64,000 nucleotides of DNA from an uncultured Methanosarcinales archaeon (GCA_964572035.1 CAZNDX010000002.1:144056-208055), one strand, 5' to 3'. Positions 19,735 through 28,927 are shown, numbered from the stretch's first letter. Program-made: numbers and translations. Notes: generated by a model not told the origin, from the letters alone.

Positions 19735-20778
19735 TTATAATGATTGCGGTTCCGCCGGCTGAAGCTCAACCGCCCTAAGCCTATCCGAATTATTATCGTA
19801 CTTCTCACGCTCGAGATAAACTTTCTCGGTTTTGTCAAAATAAGAAGACTGCCCTCTTTCCTTCGAGTATCTTCTGTCAAAATACTCAATCACGTCAACA
19901 GAATACTTGAACCTTTGCCTTAACATTCCTGCGAGCTTGCATTCCTCGAAAAATTTCCTTGAACGCTTTTTCATATTATATCCTTTTGAAAAAATGTATC
20001 CCTCGATTAATCTCAACTGGTCCTCTCTTGACGCGTTTTTGAAAGGAGGTATGTTTTCCTCAATGCAGTGCTTAATCGCCCAGTAAGTGACGTTGTCATT
20101 TGACCAGTCCCTTCTGAATTCCCAGGGGTGCAAATGCCTTTTTCTTGTCAAGTCAAACCAGCTCGACTGCTTTTTTTCCTTTGACATCTTTTCGTCAAAC
20201 CACTTTAGAAGCTGGTATGGGCTTCTGTCAGACGAGTAGACGCCCTGATTTAGAAATCCGGCAAGACCGTGTGAATTCAGCCATTTGCCTATTCCGGCAT
20301 CATCGGCGCCGTCATAAGTGGCTTTAATATTGGAGTCGATGATTTCGATTTGATCGTCCCTTCCCATTTCATAGAATCCTGGGAAATGATAATTGAACGC
20401 AGCCTTCAAAAGAGTGTATCCGTTTTTCGGACTAATCTGCAGACCTGGAACTAATTTTGGAGCTCCCTCTAAAACACGCAAATAACTTTCCTTAATAGTT
20501 TTTTCAGACATGTCAAACAACGAACAAAAAACGTTGTCTTCAGAAATATCTCCAAAATTTCTTTCCGCCCTTGCCCTGTCAAAAACCAGAATGTCGTCAA
20601 TGACTTTATGTTTCGCCCCTGTCTCTATTAGAGACTCAACAGCCATGCGGATGTTTATTGGGTACTGGCTCGGCCTCAAATTGTAAATTTCAATCGCGTC
20701 CTCGTAAGATATCTCTTTGGAAAGCCTTTTGCTCAAAAGTTCAGAGCGCTGTTCCAGCGTCAAAGGTTTAGGTCTCAT
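19735..20778 (-). CDS. hypothetical protein with internal SKE(K/R)xQSS(W/Y)FDxT repeat
   Basis: 347 aa; two copies of ...SKEKKQSSWFDLTRK... / ...SKERGQSSYFDKTEK... Confidence 0.5.
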   Translation of the reverse strand: MRPKPLTLEQRSELLSKRLSKEISYEDAIEIYNLRPSQYPINIRMAVESLIETGAKHKVIDDILVFDRARAERNFGDISEDNVFCSLFDMSEKTIKESYLRVLEGAPKLVPGLQISPKNGYTLLKAAFNYHFPGFYEMGRDDQIEIIDSNIKATYDGADDAGIGKWLNSHGLAGFLNQGVYSSDRSPYQLLKWFDEKMSKEKKQSSWFDLTRKRHLHPWEFRRDWSNDNVTYWAIKHCIEENIPPFKNASREDQLRLIEGYIFSKGYNMKKRSRKFFEECKLAGMLRQRFKYSVDVIEYFDRRYSKERGQSSYFDKTEKVYLEREKYDNNSDRLRAVELQPAEPQSL

Positions 20779-20853
20779 AAGCCACCACGACGATAAAGCT
20801 CAAGAAGGGTATAAAAAGCTTTCGGAAAAATAGTCACTTAAAAGTAGTATAAT

Positions 20854-21285
20854 TTATGCGGTTTTGACGGGTGCTTCTTTCTTAACCGCCTTCTTTGGCG
20901 CCGCTTTTTTGGCAGGCTCTGCCTTTGGAACTTCCGCCTTCACTTCGGCAGGCTTTTCAGATTTCACTTCAGCTTCGGCAACTGCCTTTTTCGCCGGCGC
21001 TTTTTTCTTCGCGACAGGTTTTTCGAAAGGAATACCAAACAGTTGAGCGGTTACAACTCCCTTGTCATCTTTCTTTACGTTGATTTTTACACGTGAAGGA
21101 GGATTCTTAATTCCGTGATGCCAAATAGCGACGTTAAGTTCGGACAAAATCCGAACGTCCTCGCTTTTCATGTGGCGGACTAGGAATTCGCGTAAAACTC
21201 TAACTGCCTTCTTCGCGCGCTTGTAGCGAGGGGACTTCAAAAATCCTCTTCGCAATGGAACCACATATGTTCTTTCAACTGCCAT
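20854..21285 (-). CDS. rpl31e: ribosomal protein L31e with ~55-aa Lys/Ala/Glu/Pro-rich C-terminal tail
   Basis: ERTYVVPLRRGFLKSPRYKRAKKAVRVLREFLVRHMK...RILSELNVAIWHHGIKNPPSRVKI is conserved L31e; tail AKKKAPAKKAVAEAEVK... Confidence 0.85.
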   Translation of the reverse strand: MAVERTYVVPLRRGFLKSPRYKRAKKAVRVLREFLVRHMKSEDVRILSELNVAIWHHGIKNPPSRVKINVKKDDKGVVTAQLFGIPFEKPVAKKKAPAKKAVAEAEVKSEKPAEVKAEVPKAEPAKKAAPKKAVKKEAPVKTA

Positions 21286-21286
21286 T

Positions 21287-21460
21287 TTAGACCTTCAACT
21301 TCTGCCTGCGCCAGTTGCGCTTTATTTTAGTGTGACGACCAGGGTGAACACGGCGGGTCTTGCCGTAAATTTTTGGAACAGACCAAAAAGGAGCCCATCT
21401 AGTTTGACGGCCACGCTTCACTAAGCGCTTCTTTCTCGCTCTTGGCTTATTACTCGGCAT
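21287..21460 (-). CDS. rpl39e: ribosomal protein L39e (57 aa; below ORF-track length cutoff)
   Basis: Minus-strand translation MPSNKPRARKKRLVKRGRQTRWAPFWSVPKIYGKTRRVHPGRHTKIKRNWRRQKLKV matches the L39e family; sits between rps19e and rpl31e as in many archaea. Confidence 0.8.
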   Translation of the reverse strand: MPSNKPRARKKRLVKRGRQTRWAPFWSVPKIYGKTRRVHPGRHTKIKRNWRRQKLKV

Positions 21461-22028
21461 TTTTTACCTCAGGCGCTTTTTCAGATGACTCTTCAGCTTT
21501 CACAGCTTTCTTTTTTGGAGCTGCTTTCTTCTTCGCGACTTTCTTTTCAACTTCAACTTTTTCCTCGACCGCAGGTTTTGGCAAAGAAGCGAGAACAATT
21601 CCCTGCTCCTTCATAATCGCGTTAGCCGCGGTTTCAAGAATCTTCATACCTTGAGGAGTAACAATACGACCTTTGTGAACACCCTTTTCAGTCTGCTTGG
21701 CAAGGCCTGCTTTCTCAAGCTGCTGCAAAATCTTTCTCAAATGACTTCCACCCGCAGGGAAGAAATGCTCAGGAGCCATACCCATATTTTTTCTGCCACC
21801 GTACTTGGTTCGAAGCTTCTCGGTGCCAATTGGGCCGTCCTTGAAAATGCGTCTTAAAACAGAAGCTGCTCTGATGTGCCACCAGTCCTTCTGCATAGGC
21901 TGGCGCTCACGGCTCATACCGGTCTTCACGAAACTTGCCCAAACAGGAGGCTTGATAGCGTCAACTTTCTTGAGCTCTTCCGCCGTTCTCTGCACGAGCA
22001 ATTGAGGATTTACATCATATATTCCCAT
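21450..22028 (-). CDS. rps19e: ribosomal protein S19e with Lys/Ala/Glu-rich C-terminal tail
   Basis: PPVWASFVKTGMSRERQPMQKDWWHIRAASVLRRIF...GGSHLRKILQQLEKAGL is conserved S19e; tail KKVAKKKAAPKKKAVKAEE. Confidence 0.9.
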   Translation of the reverse strand: MGIYDVNPQLLVQRTAEELKKVDAIKPPVWASFVKTGMSRERQPMQKDWWHIRAASVLRRIFKDGPIGTEKLRTKYGGRKNMGMAPEHFFPAGGSHLRKILQQLEKAGLAKQTEKGVHKGRIVTPQGMKILETAANAIMKEQGIVLASLPKPAVEEKVEVEKKVAKKKAAPKKKAVKAEESSEKAPEVKNAE

Positions 22029-22125
22029 TGTTTTTCACGTCCAACCTTTCGGTTGATTATGAACGACGTATCGTTCAGAATAACACTTGAACACAGGAGG
22101 GGGTTTATAAAGATTGCTTTTTTAG

Positions 22126-22458
22126 TTACTCTTTTGGCTTGCCGTCTGAAATAATATTGTAATTCTTCATATCCTCCAAGCGATAAATTTGTTTTGCCTG
22201 ACTTTCAGGCATTTTTCCCCATTCAGAAAAAGGAATAATTTCCGCGCAAGTAATAATGTCATATTTCTCAAACTCGAAACACATCTTATTGACAATTCCG
22301 GTGATTTTATTTTCTTCATCGTCAAAAGAAACAATAAAACCAGGATTGATTCTTTTCTTGGTGATTCTTTCTATTAAATTTCTCGTATCAGGATTTTCAA
22401 GAAGACTTCTTGCTATCTTTCTTCTTTCCTCAAACGGAAGGATGTCATCTATTGTCAT
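22126..22458 (-). CDS. hypothetical protein
   Basis: 110-aa ORF, ATGA-coupled downstream of the Nudix gene. Confidence 0.45.
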   Translation of the reverse strand: MTIDDILPFEERRKIARSLLENPDTRNLIERITKKRINPGFIVSFDDEENKITGIVNKMCFEFEKYDIITCAEIIPFSEWGKMPESQAKQIYRLEDMKNYNIISDGKPKE

Positions 22459-22961
22459 GAGTATAATTTGTCAATAACGTGCGCAAGCTCGGGATGAATA
22501 AGCTCGTTCTTTCTGACCATCTCGCGAACGTCAGCAACGCTAAACCATTTGCCATTCGCAGCCTCATCAGGATTCAAATCAAAAGGACCTTCGCTAACCG
22601 CGCGAAAAACCTCCAAAAACTTTCTCATCTTATAATGGTCATAAGGAGTCTCAAGAATTCTAGTCAACTGCAAATCAACCCTTAAAGCGTTTTTTAATTC
22701 GCGCGCGGCCGCTTTTTCGTAAGTCTCTCCAGTCTGAACATGGCCTTCAGCGCTGGTTGACCAATGGCCAGGACAGAACTTCTTTTTCGCCGAACGCTGC
22801 TGCAAAAAGATTTCGCCCTTATCGTTAAAAACAAGAACGTGGACAATTCTGTGATTTAACCGCTTCTCGTAAATCTCTTCAAACTTCGCGACGCTAACAA
22901 CCTCGTTTTTGTCATTCACAACATCAAGTAATTCTTCCATCACCAAAAAACGAACATTCAA
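22455..22961 (-). CDS. Nudix hydrolase
   Basis: GHWSTSAEGHVQTGETYEKAAARELKNALRVD approximates the Nudix box GX5EX7REUXEEXGU. Confidence 0.75.
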   Translation of the reverse strand: MNVRFLVMEELLDVVNDKNEVVSVAKFEEIYEKRLNHRIVHVLVFNDKGEIFLQQRSAKKKFCPGHWSTSAEGHVQTGETYEKAAARELKNALRVDLQLTRILETPYDHYKMRKFLEVFRAVSEGPFDLNPDEAANGKWFSVADVREMVRKNELIHPELAHVIDKLYS

Positions 22962-22990
22962 AGTATTTAAAGATTGCAGAACTGCAAAAC

Positions 22991-23671
22991 CTATTTTTCC
23001 ATCGCCCGCTTTTTGAGGCTCGCGGGCATTTTTTCAATCGCATATCTTAGGGCCGTGCGCGGCATGTCTTTTTTGTTTTTCATAACAAACTCAAAAACTT
23101 CATCCTGAAATTTTTTGCAACCCTCCTTCAAAAGCCAGCCGTAGCCTTTCTGAACCAAATCGTCATTGTCTTTCAAAAGCAAACTCGCGACCTCAAACAT
23201 GTGCTCCTTGTAAAGTCCCTTTCTAACAGGAACGATAAATGAAACGGCAGCAGCTCTACGTTTCCATCTGTTCGTTGATTTTGTCCACGACTTAACTCGT
23301 TCGATATGCTCCGGTTTTACAATAAGCAAATGGCCAAGAACTCCACAACATAATTCATCAACGTGCGCCCAATTCTTCAAATACTTGTAAACCCAAGTCT
23401 CAAGCATAAAAAATTCGTAAAGCTTCGCTTTTTTCACCCACTGAATCGCTATACTTCCCTCTTCCTGATATCCTGAGGACCACAACGCGTCACAAGCGTC
23501 AATTAATTCACATTCAGGACAAGTTGGGAAGAACTTCCTCGCTATCTTTTTCACAACGGGATAACGCACATTGTAAGATTTAATCGGCTCCTTAAACCAG
23601 CGCTGAACATTATAAGAAGGGTCGCTGTTTTTTCTCAATTCAATCCGAATGGAATCAATAAGATTTGTCAT
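22991..23671 (-). CDS. DNA alkylation repair protein (AlkD-like HEAT-repeat glycosylase family)
   Basis: ...WAHVDELCCGVLG... and WTKSTNRWKRRAAAVSFIV resemble the DNA_alkylation family; start uncertain (23671, 23698 or 23719). Confidence 0.7.
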   Translation of the reverse strand: MTNLIDSIRIELRKNSDPSYNVQRWFKEPIKSYNVRYPVVKKIARKFFPTCPECELIDACDALWSSGYQEEGSIAIQWVKKAKLYEFFMLETWVYKYLKNWAHVDELCCGVLGHLLIVKPEHIERVKSWTKSTNRWKRRAAAVSFIVPVRKGLYKEHMFEVASLLLKDNDDLVQKGYGWLLKEGCKKFQDEVFEFVMKNKKDMPRTALRYAIEKMPASLKKRAMEK

Positions 23672-24854
23672 TAACAGTTTGTCCAAGAACAACAGCATAA
23701 TAATTCTTTCCAATTCCAAAATAATTCAAAACTTTCGCGACGCACTCTATCTGACTTCCGGAAGTCCTGACATCGTCTAAAATTATCACGTTGTCAGGAT
23801 TTGAGCTGTATTCCGGCTTCGCACCAAGGGATAAAAGATTGAAATCACGATTTCTATTGTTAGTTTCGGACGCTTTAGGCTTTGGCAAAGTTCTGTAAAT
23901 AATCCTTTTTTCAGGATTGTATAATTCTTTGTTTTTCAAAATATGACTGACTTCAAGCGCCAACATTTCGTTCGGAAAACTCCTATAACAATACCGCGGG
24001 TTAGAGTTAGGCGCGGGAACAAGAAGAGTGGAGCCTTCAAGCTCCGCTTCTTCTATAATTTTCGCGACCTCTCTCGCGAAATAAACCAGAGTTGAGCTGT
24101 AATATTCCCAACCCATAATTCTCTGTTGCTTTGTGCTGAAAAATTGGATAATCGCGCGGTTGATATCTTGAGGCCAAACTTCCTTGATATTCTTGTAGTT
24201 CAAAATATTTGACGAAAACTTATCTCCTCCTTCAGAATAAGGAATGTAGTCTCCAACAGCAGCCCATTCGATTTCGGGTGGAAATTTATTGAATTCCTTG
24301 TCAGGCATATATTCAAATTCTTTTGGCAGTTTGAATTGAGACAATTCAACTTTTCCAGACTCGACATCTTCAAGAATTGACAAAAGATCTTCAACGTTTT
24401 TCGCGGTTTTAGTCGGCTCTGACAACGCCAAATAATCAGCAGACAATTCTTGATACCAAGTAGTGCCAATTGAAATTATGTTAAGAAGATGCGCAGGCAA
24501 AACATCCTTCGGAGAATCGCCAATCATAACAAAATCTTTTCCACTTTCACCAACTAAATTTTCAAGCGAACCAAACCAAGGCTTTTTGGCTGAGCCGATG
24601 ACAGGAACAGCAGGAAAATTATGCTTTTTCAAAACAGCGGTGGCGTAATCTTTTGGAGAATTTGTAATCACTGTGACTTTTCCCTGCTCATGGTATTTTT
24701 TCACAAGGTCAACAAGTCGCCTGTCAACTAGACGGGTGGGAAGCCTGTCAATATTTTCAGTAACGAATTTTCTGCCGCTGGGAGTCTTTCTATAAACTCT
24801 CAACTGCGAAGTTTCAACCAAGCAGTCATCCAAATCAATGAGAAGATGCTTCAT
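23655..24854 (-). CDS. fusion protein: N-terminal HAD-like hydrolase + C-terminal phosphoribosyltransferase (ComF/PRT-like) domain
   Basis: N-term LIDLDDCLVET (HAD motif I DxD), ...VITNSPKDYA (motif II), MIGDSPKDV (motif III-like); C-term VIILDDVRTSGSQIE is a PRPP-binding PRT motif. Confidence 0.6.
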   Translation of the reverse strand: MKHLLIDLDDCLVETSQLRVYRKTPSGRKFVTENIDRLPTRLVDRRLVDLVKKYHEQGKVTVITNSPKDYATAVLKKHNFPAVPVIGSAKKPWFGSLENLVGESGKDFVMIGDSPKDVLPAHLLNIISIGTTWYQELSADYLALSEPTKTAKNVEDLLSILEDVESGKVELSQFKLPKEFEYMPDKEFNKFPPEIEWAAVGDYIPYSEGGDKFSSNILNYKNIKEVWPQDINRAIIQFFSTKQQRIMGWEYYSSTLVYFAREVAKIIEEAELEGSTLLVPAPNSNPRYCYRSFPNEMLALEVSHILKNKELYNPEKRIIYRTLPKPKASETNNRNRDFNLLSLGAKPEYSSNPDNVIILDDVRTSGSQIECVAKVLNYFGIGKNYYAVVLGQTVNDKSY

Positions 24855-25767
24855 ACTTCACGACACCCTTTTGTTTTGTCCATTCAAAATTTCTTTTGAA
24901 ATTAACATCCAGTGCGTAAACAGTTTTTCCCCGTTTAAGAGCCTTATTGACGGCGTGCATAGTTCCGCTCTTGTCCGGCGCGAAAATAACTAGAACTTCA
25001 TCACTTAACAAAGCTTGAGTTAAATCACGATGAACAAAAGCTCTGCCACTCCTGTCGTAAGTATCGCATCCAACAGGAAACTGGGAAACAACACATTGAG
25101 ATTCCGCCATTCTCTGCTGCAAAATTTTGTTTTCTTTCGGATAATACTGGCTAAGTCCAACTCCTAGGATTCCGACAGTTTTTCCTCCAAACTTCATAGC
25201 GTAAGAATGCGCCAAAGTGTCACAGCCCTTCGCCAGACCGGAAATCACGACTTTGCCGTTTTTAACGATATCTTTCAGCGCATTTCCTGCGAGATAAACA
25301 ATCCCGCTGAAATCGGGCTGCTCTTCCAAAGACCGCGAGCCGATAACAGCGATTGAAGGCTGACTGAGATATTCAGTTTTTCCCTGCATGTATAAAACAG
25401 GGCTTCCCTCAACTTTCAAGCGCTCCGGAAAATTCTCATCAACAACTGTTGTCAAAGAAAAATTGGTGTTTTCCAAATGTTTCAATTCCTTTTTCAAATT
25501 TCCAGCAATTGAAGGGATATTGTAAAACAAAGGAAACAATCTTTGATAAATTTTTTCAAATGAACCATGTTCTTTAAGCAACTTTCTTAGCTCATTATCT
25601 CCGGATTCCGATTTCCATTTTATATGGTCTTCTTTAATTAATGCGAGATGAAAAAAACATTCTCGCTTCTCTTTATTGTTTAGAATAACTTCCAACCCTT
25701 CCATAAGATATTGTGACGAATTCACATATATAAATGTGACTCCTATGAAGTAAATAAAATAAATCAC
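24835..25767 (-). CDS. dprA: DprA/Smf-like DNA-processing protein (Rossmann domain)
   Basis: IAVIGSRSL...VISGLAKGCDTLAHSYAMKFGGKTVGILGVGL..YYPKEN...VVSQFPVG....RAFVHRDLTQALLSDEVLVIFAPDKSGTMHAVNKALKRGKTVYAL follows the DprA pattern; start may be an internal ATG. Confidence 0.7.
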   Translation of the reverse strand: MIYFIYFIGVTFIYVNSSQYLMEGLEVILNNKEKRECFFHLALIKEDHIKWKSESGDNELRKLLKEHGSFEKIYQRLFPLFYNIPSIAGNLKKELKHLENTNFSLTTVVDENFPERLKVEGSPVLYMQGKTEYLSQPSIAVIGSRSLEEQPDFSGIVYLAGNALKDIVKNGKVVISGLAKGCDTLAHSYAMKFGGKTVGILGVGLSQYYPKENKILQQRMAESQCVVSQFPVGCDTYDRSGRAFVHRDLTQALLSDEVLVIFAPDKSGTMHAVNKALKRGKTVYALDVNFKRNFEWTKQKGVVKYEASSH

Positions 25768-25804
25768 GACAATCTTTTTAAACAGGGCAAGGTCACTTTA
25801 ACCT

Positions 25805-27700
25805 ATGATAACCATCACACTGCCGGACGGCAGCAAAAAACAATTCGAGAGCGGAATAACAGGACTACAAATAGCTGAAAGCATAGGAAAAAGACTCGCG
25901 AAAGACGCGCTAGCGATAAAAGTAGACGGCGAAATAATTGACCTATCTCGGCCAATAGAAAAAAACGCCAACATAGAAATTCTAACATTCTCAAGCAAAG
26001 AAGGAAAAGACGTTTTCAGACACAGTTCCGCGCATATTTTGGCTCATGCGATTAAACGACTGTTTCCGGAAGCCAAACCAACAATCGGACCGCCGGTAGA
26101 AAACGGATTCTTCTACGATTTTGATGACCTAAAAATCTCAGCTGACGACTTCGCGCGAATAGAAGAAGAAATGCAAAAAATAATCTCCGCAAATTATCCT
26201 TTCAAGCGACACGTTTGGAAACTCGCCGACGTAAAAAAATTAGGAAATCCCTACAAACTTGAACTCGCGTCCGAATTTTCAAAAAACGGATGGGAACTCA
26301 CAGCGTACGAAGACGGCGACTTCATTGACCTATGCGAAGGACCGCACGTTCCATCAAGCGGAATGATAAAAGCGATCAAGCTAACAAAAATCAGCGGAGC
26401 GTTCTGGAAAGGAGACCAAAAAAACAAGCAGCTCACCAGAATATACGGAGTATCATTCCAATCGGCGAAAGAACTTGATGAGTTCCTGAAATTACAGGAA
26501 GAAATAACAAAAAGAGACCACAGAAAAATAGGACAGGAATTGCAATTATTCATGTTCCACGAATGGAGCCCCGGCTCGCCATTCTTCCTGCCTCGAGGAA
26601 CAATAATTTACAACGAACTGCAGAAATTCATTCGCGAGGAATACTGGAAGCGAGGATACAACGAAGTCATAACTCCACAACTATTCAACAAAGCGCTCTG
26701 GGAACAATCAGGACACTGGGCGCACTACAAAGACGACATGTTCGTCCTTGAAGTAGACGATGAAGAGTTCAGCATAAAGCCAATGAACTGTCCATCGCAC
26801 GTATTAATATTCAAATCACAAACAAGAAGCTACAGAGACTTGCCCCTACGTATCGCGGACTTCTGTTTCCTTCACCGTAATGAAGTTCGCGGAGCACTTG
26901 GCGGGCTGACACGAGTGCGAAAATTCGCGCAGGACGACGCGCACATATTCTGCACTCCAGAACAAGTTGAAAGCGAAATAAAACAAGTAATAGAATTTGT
27001 CAAATTTGTATATCACGACGTTTTCAAACTGCAGTTCAAGTTGAAGCTCTCAACAAAACCTGAAAAAGCGATGGGAGCGCCAGAACTTTGGGAAAAAGCG
27101 GAAGCATCACTACAAAAAGTTTTGGAGAGTTTGAAAGTTGACTTTGAAATCAAAAAAGGAGAAGGCGCGTTTTACGGGCCAAAAATAGACATAGACGTAA
27201 AAGACGCATTAGGCAGAGACTGGCAGCTCGCGACAGTACAGCTCGATTTCCAAATGCCGCTGCGAATGGGAGCTGAATTTGAAGGACAGGACGGCAAAAA
27301 ACACACAGTGGTAATGATACACCGCGCGATGCTCGGAAGCATAGAGCGCTTCATCGGAGTACTAACAGAACACTTCGCAGGAAAATTCCCGCTATGGCTG
27401 TCACCAGAACAAGTGAGAGTTTTGGCTGTTTCGGATAAATTCATGATTCCAGCCGCGAAATTCGTGGAGGAACTGCGAAAACAACACATCCGCGCGACAC
27501 TCGACGCGACAGCGGAGACAATCAACAAAAAAGTACGCAACGCGCAACTCGACCAAGTTAATACTATTATAGTATTCGGCGAACGTGAAGCGAACGGCGA
27601 ACCATTAACAATCAGAACACGAGACAACAAAGTAACAGGACCAATTTCAAAAGAACAATTCATCAAAGACTTGCTTTTTGAAATACACGAGAAAAGATAA
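25805..27700 (+). CDS. thrS: threonyl-tRNA synthetase
   Basis: N-terminal TGS domain (ITITLPDGSKK...), class II motifs (FRHSSAHIL..., RDHRKIG, GGLTRVRKFAQDDAHIF), C-terminal anticodon-binding domain. Confidence 0.95.
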   Translation: MITITLPDGSKKQFESGITGLQIAESIGKRLAKDALAIKVDGEIIDLSRPIEKNANIEILTFSSKEGKDVFRHSSAHILAHAIKRLFPEAKPTIGPPVENGFFYDFDDLKISADDFARIEEEMQKIISANYPFKRHVWKLADVKKLGNPYKLELASEFSKNGWELTAYEDGDFIDLCEGPHVPSSGMIKAIKLTKISGAFWKGDQKNKQLTRIYGVSFQSAKELDEFLKLQEEITKRDHRKIGQELQLFMFHEWSPGSPFFLPRGTIIYNELQKFIREEYWKRGYNEVITPQLFNKALWEQSGHWAHYKDDMFVLEVDDEEFSIKPMNCPSHVLIFKSQTRSYRDLPLRIADFCFLHRNEVRGALGGLTRVRKFAQDDAHIFCTPEQVESEIKQVIEFVKFVYHDVFKLQFKLKLSTKPEKAMGAPELWEKAEASLQKVLESLKVDFEIKKGEGAFYGPKIDIDVKDALGRDWQLATVQLDFQMPLRMGAEFEGQDGKKHTVVMIHRAMLGSIERFIGVLTEHFAGKFPLWLSPEQVRVLAVSDKFMIPAAKFVEELRKQHIRATLDATAETINKKVRNAQLDQVNTIIVFGEREANGEPLTIRTRDNKVTGPISKEQFIKDLLFEIHEKR

Positions 27701-27718
27701 TAACTCGTGTAAAACCAT

Positions 27719-27734
27719 ACGCAACATTTAAATA
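27719..27734 (+). promoter_or_regulatory. promoter element ACGCAACATTTAAATA (BRE-like + TATA box) upstream of pilin-like gene
   Basis: Identical 16-mer also at 30344-30359 upstream of the surface operon; TATA centre ~27 nt upstream of the inferred TSS, followed by GGAGGT SD and ATG 27785. Confidence 0.5.
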
Positions 27735-27784
27735 ACACATTCTCTAAATAAATACAAAAAGTTGTGATTTTAGGAGGTCATACT

Positions 27785-28486
27785 ATGAAAAGAGGTCAAT
27801 CAGGAATCGGACTTGTCATTCTAGGCGTTGTAGCAATCATCGCTGTAATAGGGCTCGTCTTGCTATTCACGCGAGCGGGATCAGAAGGAGCAATGACAAG
27901 CTACACAGACACATACTTCTCAAGCTATCAAGGAGTAGGAAATCCATACGGCCCAGGAGAAATGGGAATCGGAGGACAATACCCAGTTCCACCAGTATAC
28001 AGACAACAAGGCGGAGTGGTCCAAGGACCAATGACGCAAATGCCAGCATACGGCTCAGCGGCAACAACAACAGCGCAGCCACCAGTAGTGGTAATGTTCC
28101 AAGGAGACTACGGCGCAGTTGACACCACAACATACTGCTACAGAGACCTATTCTCAACAAACCAAGCAGCACCACAGGACTTTTACAGATGCTTCGTCAC
28201 AGACCCAAGAGGAGTTGAAGACCCAGCAGTAGGATTTTTCCCACCGAGCAGCCCAGCATACGCGAAAGTACCAGCTGGATTGAAAGGACGAGGAGGAAGA
28301 GTATTCTGCTTCGCACCAGCGGGCTATGACAGAGACGGCATCGTAAGCAGACTAGAAGCTTCACTTGTCAACAGACCGGACCGAAGCGACAGATGGTCAG
28401 TCATAACAACCAACGACGGAAGAAAAGCGCTATTGTGTGAAGCCGGAGCGGCCACAGCATCAGGCGACTTCATCTTCCCACAATAA
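27785..28486 (+). CDS. type IV pilin-like protein (class III signal peptide, Gly/Pro/Tyr/Gln-rich mature domain)
   Basis: MKRGQSGIGLVILGVVAIIAVIGLVLLF has basic residues, RGQ cleavage-site motif and a ~22-aa hydrophobic helix like archaeal EppA/PibD substrates; strong SD GGAGGT 7 nt upstream of ATG 27785. Confidence 0.7.
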   Translation: MKRGQSGIGLVILGVVAIIAVIGLVLLFTRAGSEGAMTSYTDTYFSSYQGVGNPYGPGEMGIGGQYPVPPVYRQQGGVVQGPMTQMPAYGSAATTTAQPPVVVMFQGDYGAVDTTTYCYRDLFSTNQAAPQDFYRCFVTDPRGVEDPAVGFFPPSSPAYAKVPAGLKGRGGRVFCFAPAGYDRDGIVSRLEASLVNRPDRSDRWSVITTNDGRKALLCEAGAATASGDFIFPQ

Positions 28487-28514
28487 ATTTTTTTATTCTT
28501 ATTTTCTTTTTCTT

Positions 28515-28862
28515 ATGAACTACAAGCAAGTAATTCTGGTTCGCGCTGATTTGAAGCTAACAAAAGGAAAAATGGCCGCGCAAGTCGCGCACGCAAGCGT
28601 AGACGCCGCGTTTAAGTCAAGTGAAACACTCGTTAAAAAATGGCGAGCGGAAGGAATGAAAAAAGTATGCCTGTCAGTAGCGAACAAAGACGAGCTTTAC
28701 AAATACGCGCAACAGGCAAAAGATGAAGGATTAACTGTTGCCATAATAACAGACGCGGGCCACACCCACCTTGAACCGGGAACAGTAACCTGCGCGGCAA
28801 TAGGCCCCGGGAAAGAAGAAGACATAGACAAAGTAACAGGCAAGCTAAAACTGATTTCTTAA
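28515..28862 (+). CDS. pth2: peptidyl-tRNA hydrolase, archaeal type (Pth2)
   Basis: VILVRADLKLTKGKMAAQVAHASV and C-terminal ...TVTCAAIGP match Pth2; start moved to MNYKQ. Confidence 0.9.
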   Translation: MNYKQVILVRADLKLTKGKMAAQVAHASVDAAFKSSETLVKKWRAEGMKKVCLSVANKDELYKYAQQAKDEGLTVAIITDAGHTHLEPGTVTCAAIGPGKEEDIDKVTGKLKLIS

Positions 28863-28927
28863 CCACACATATTCCACACACAATCAATAACGAAACGTTT
28901 ATAAATCACCCCTGAAGACACACGCCT

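Noticed and set aside
20864-21654. Plus-strand Ala/Phe-rich ORFs (20864-21046, 20895-21083, 21442-21654)
   Set aside because: Mirror images of the Lys/Ala-rich low-complexity tails of L31e and S19e on the minus strand.
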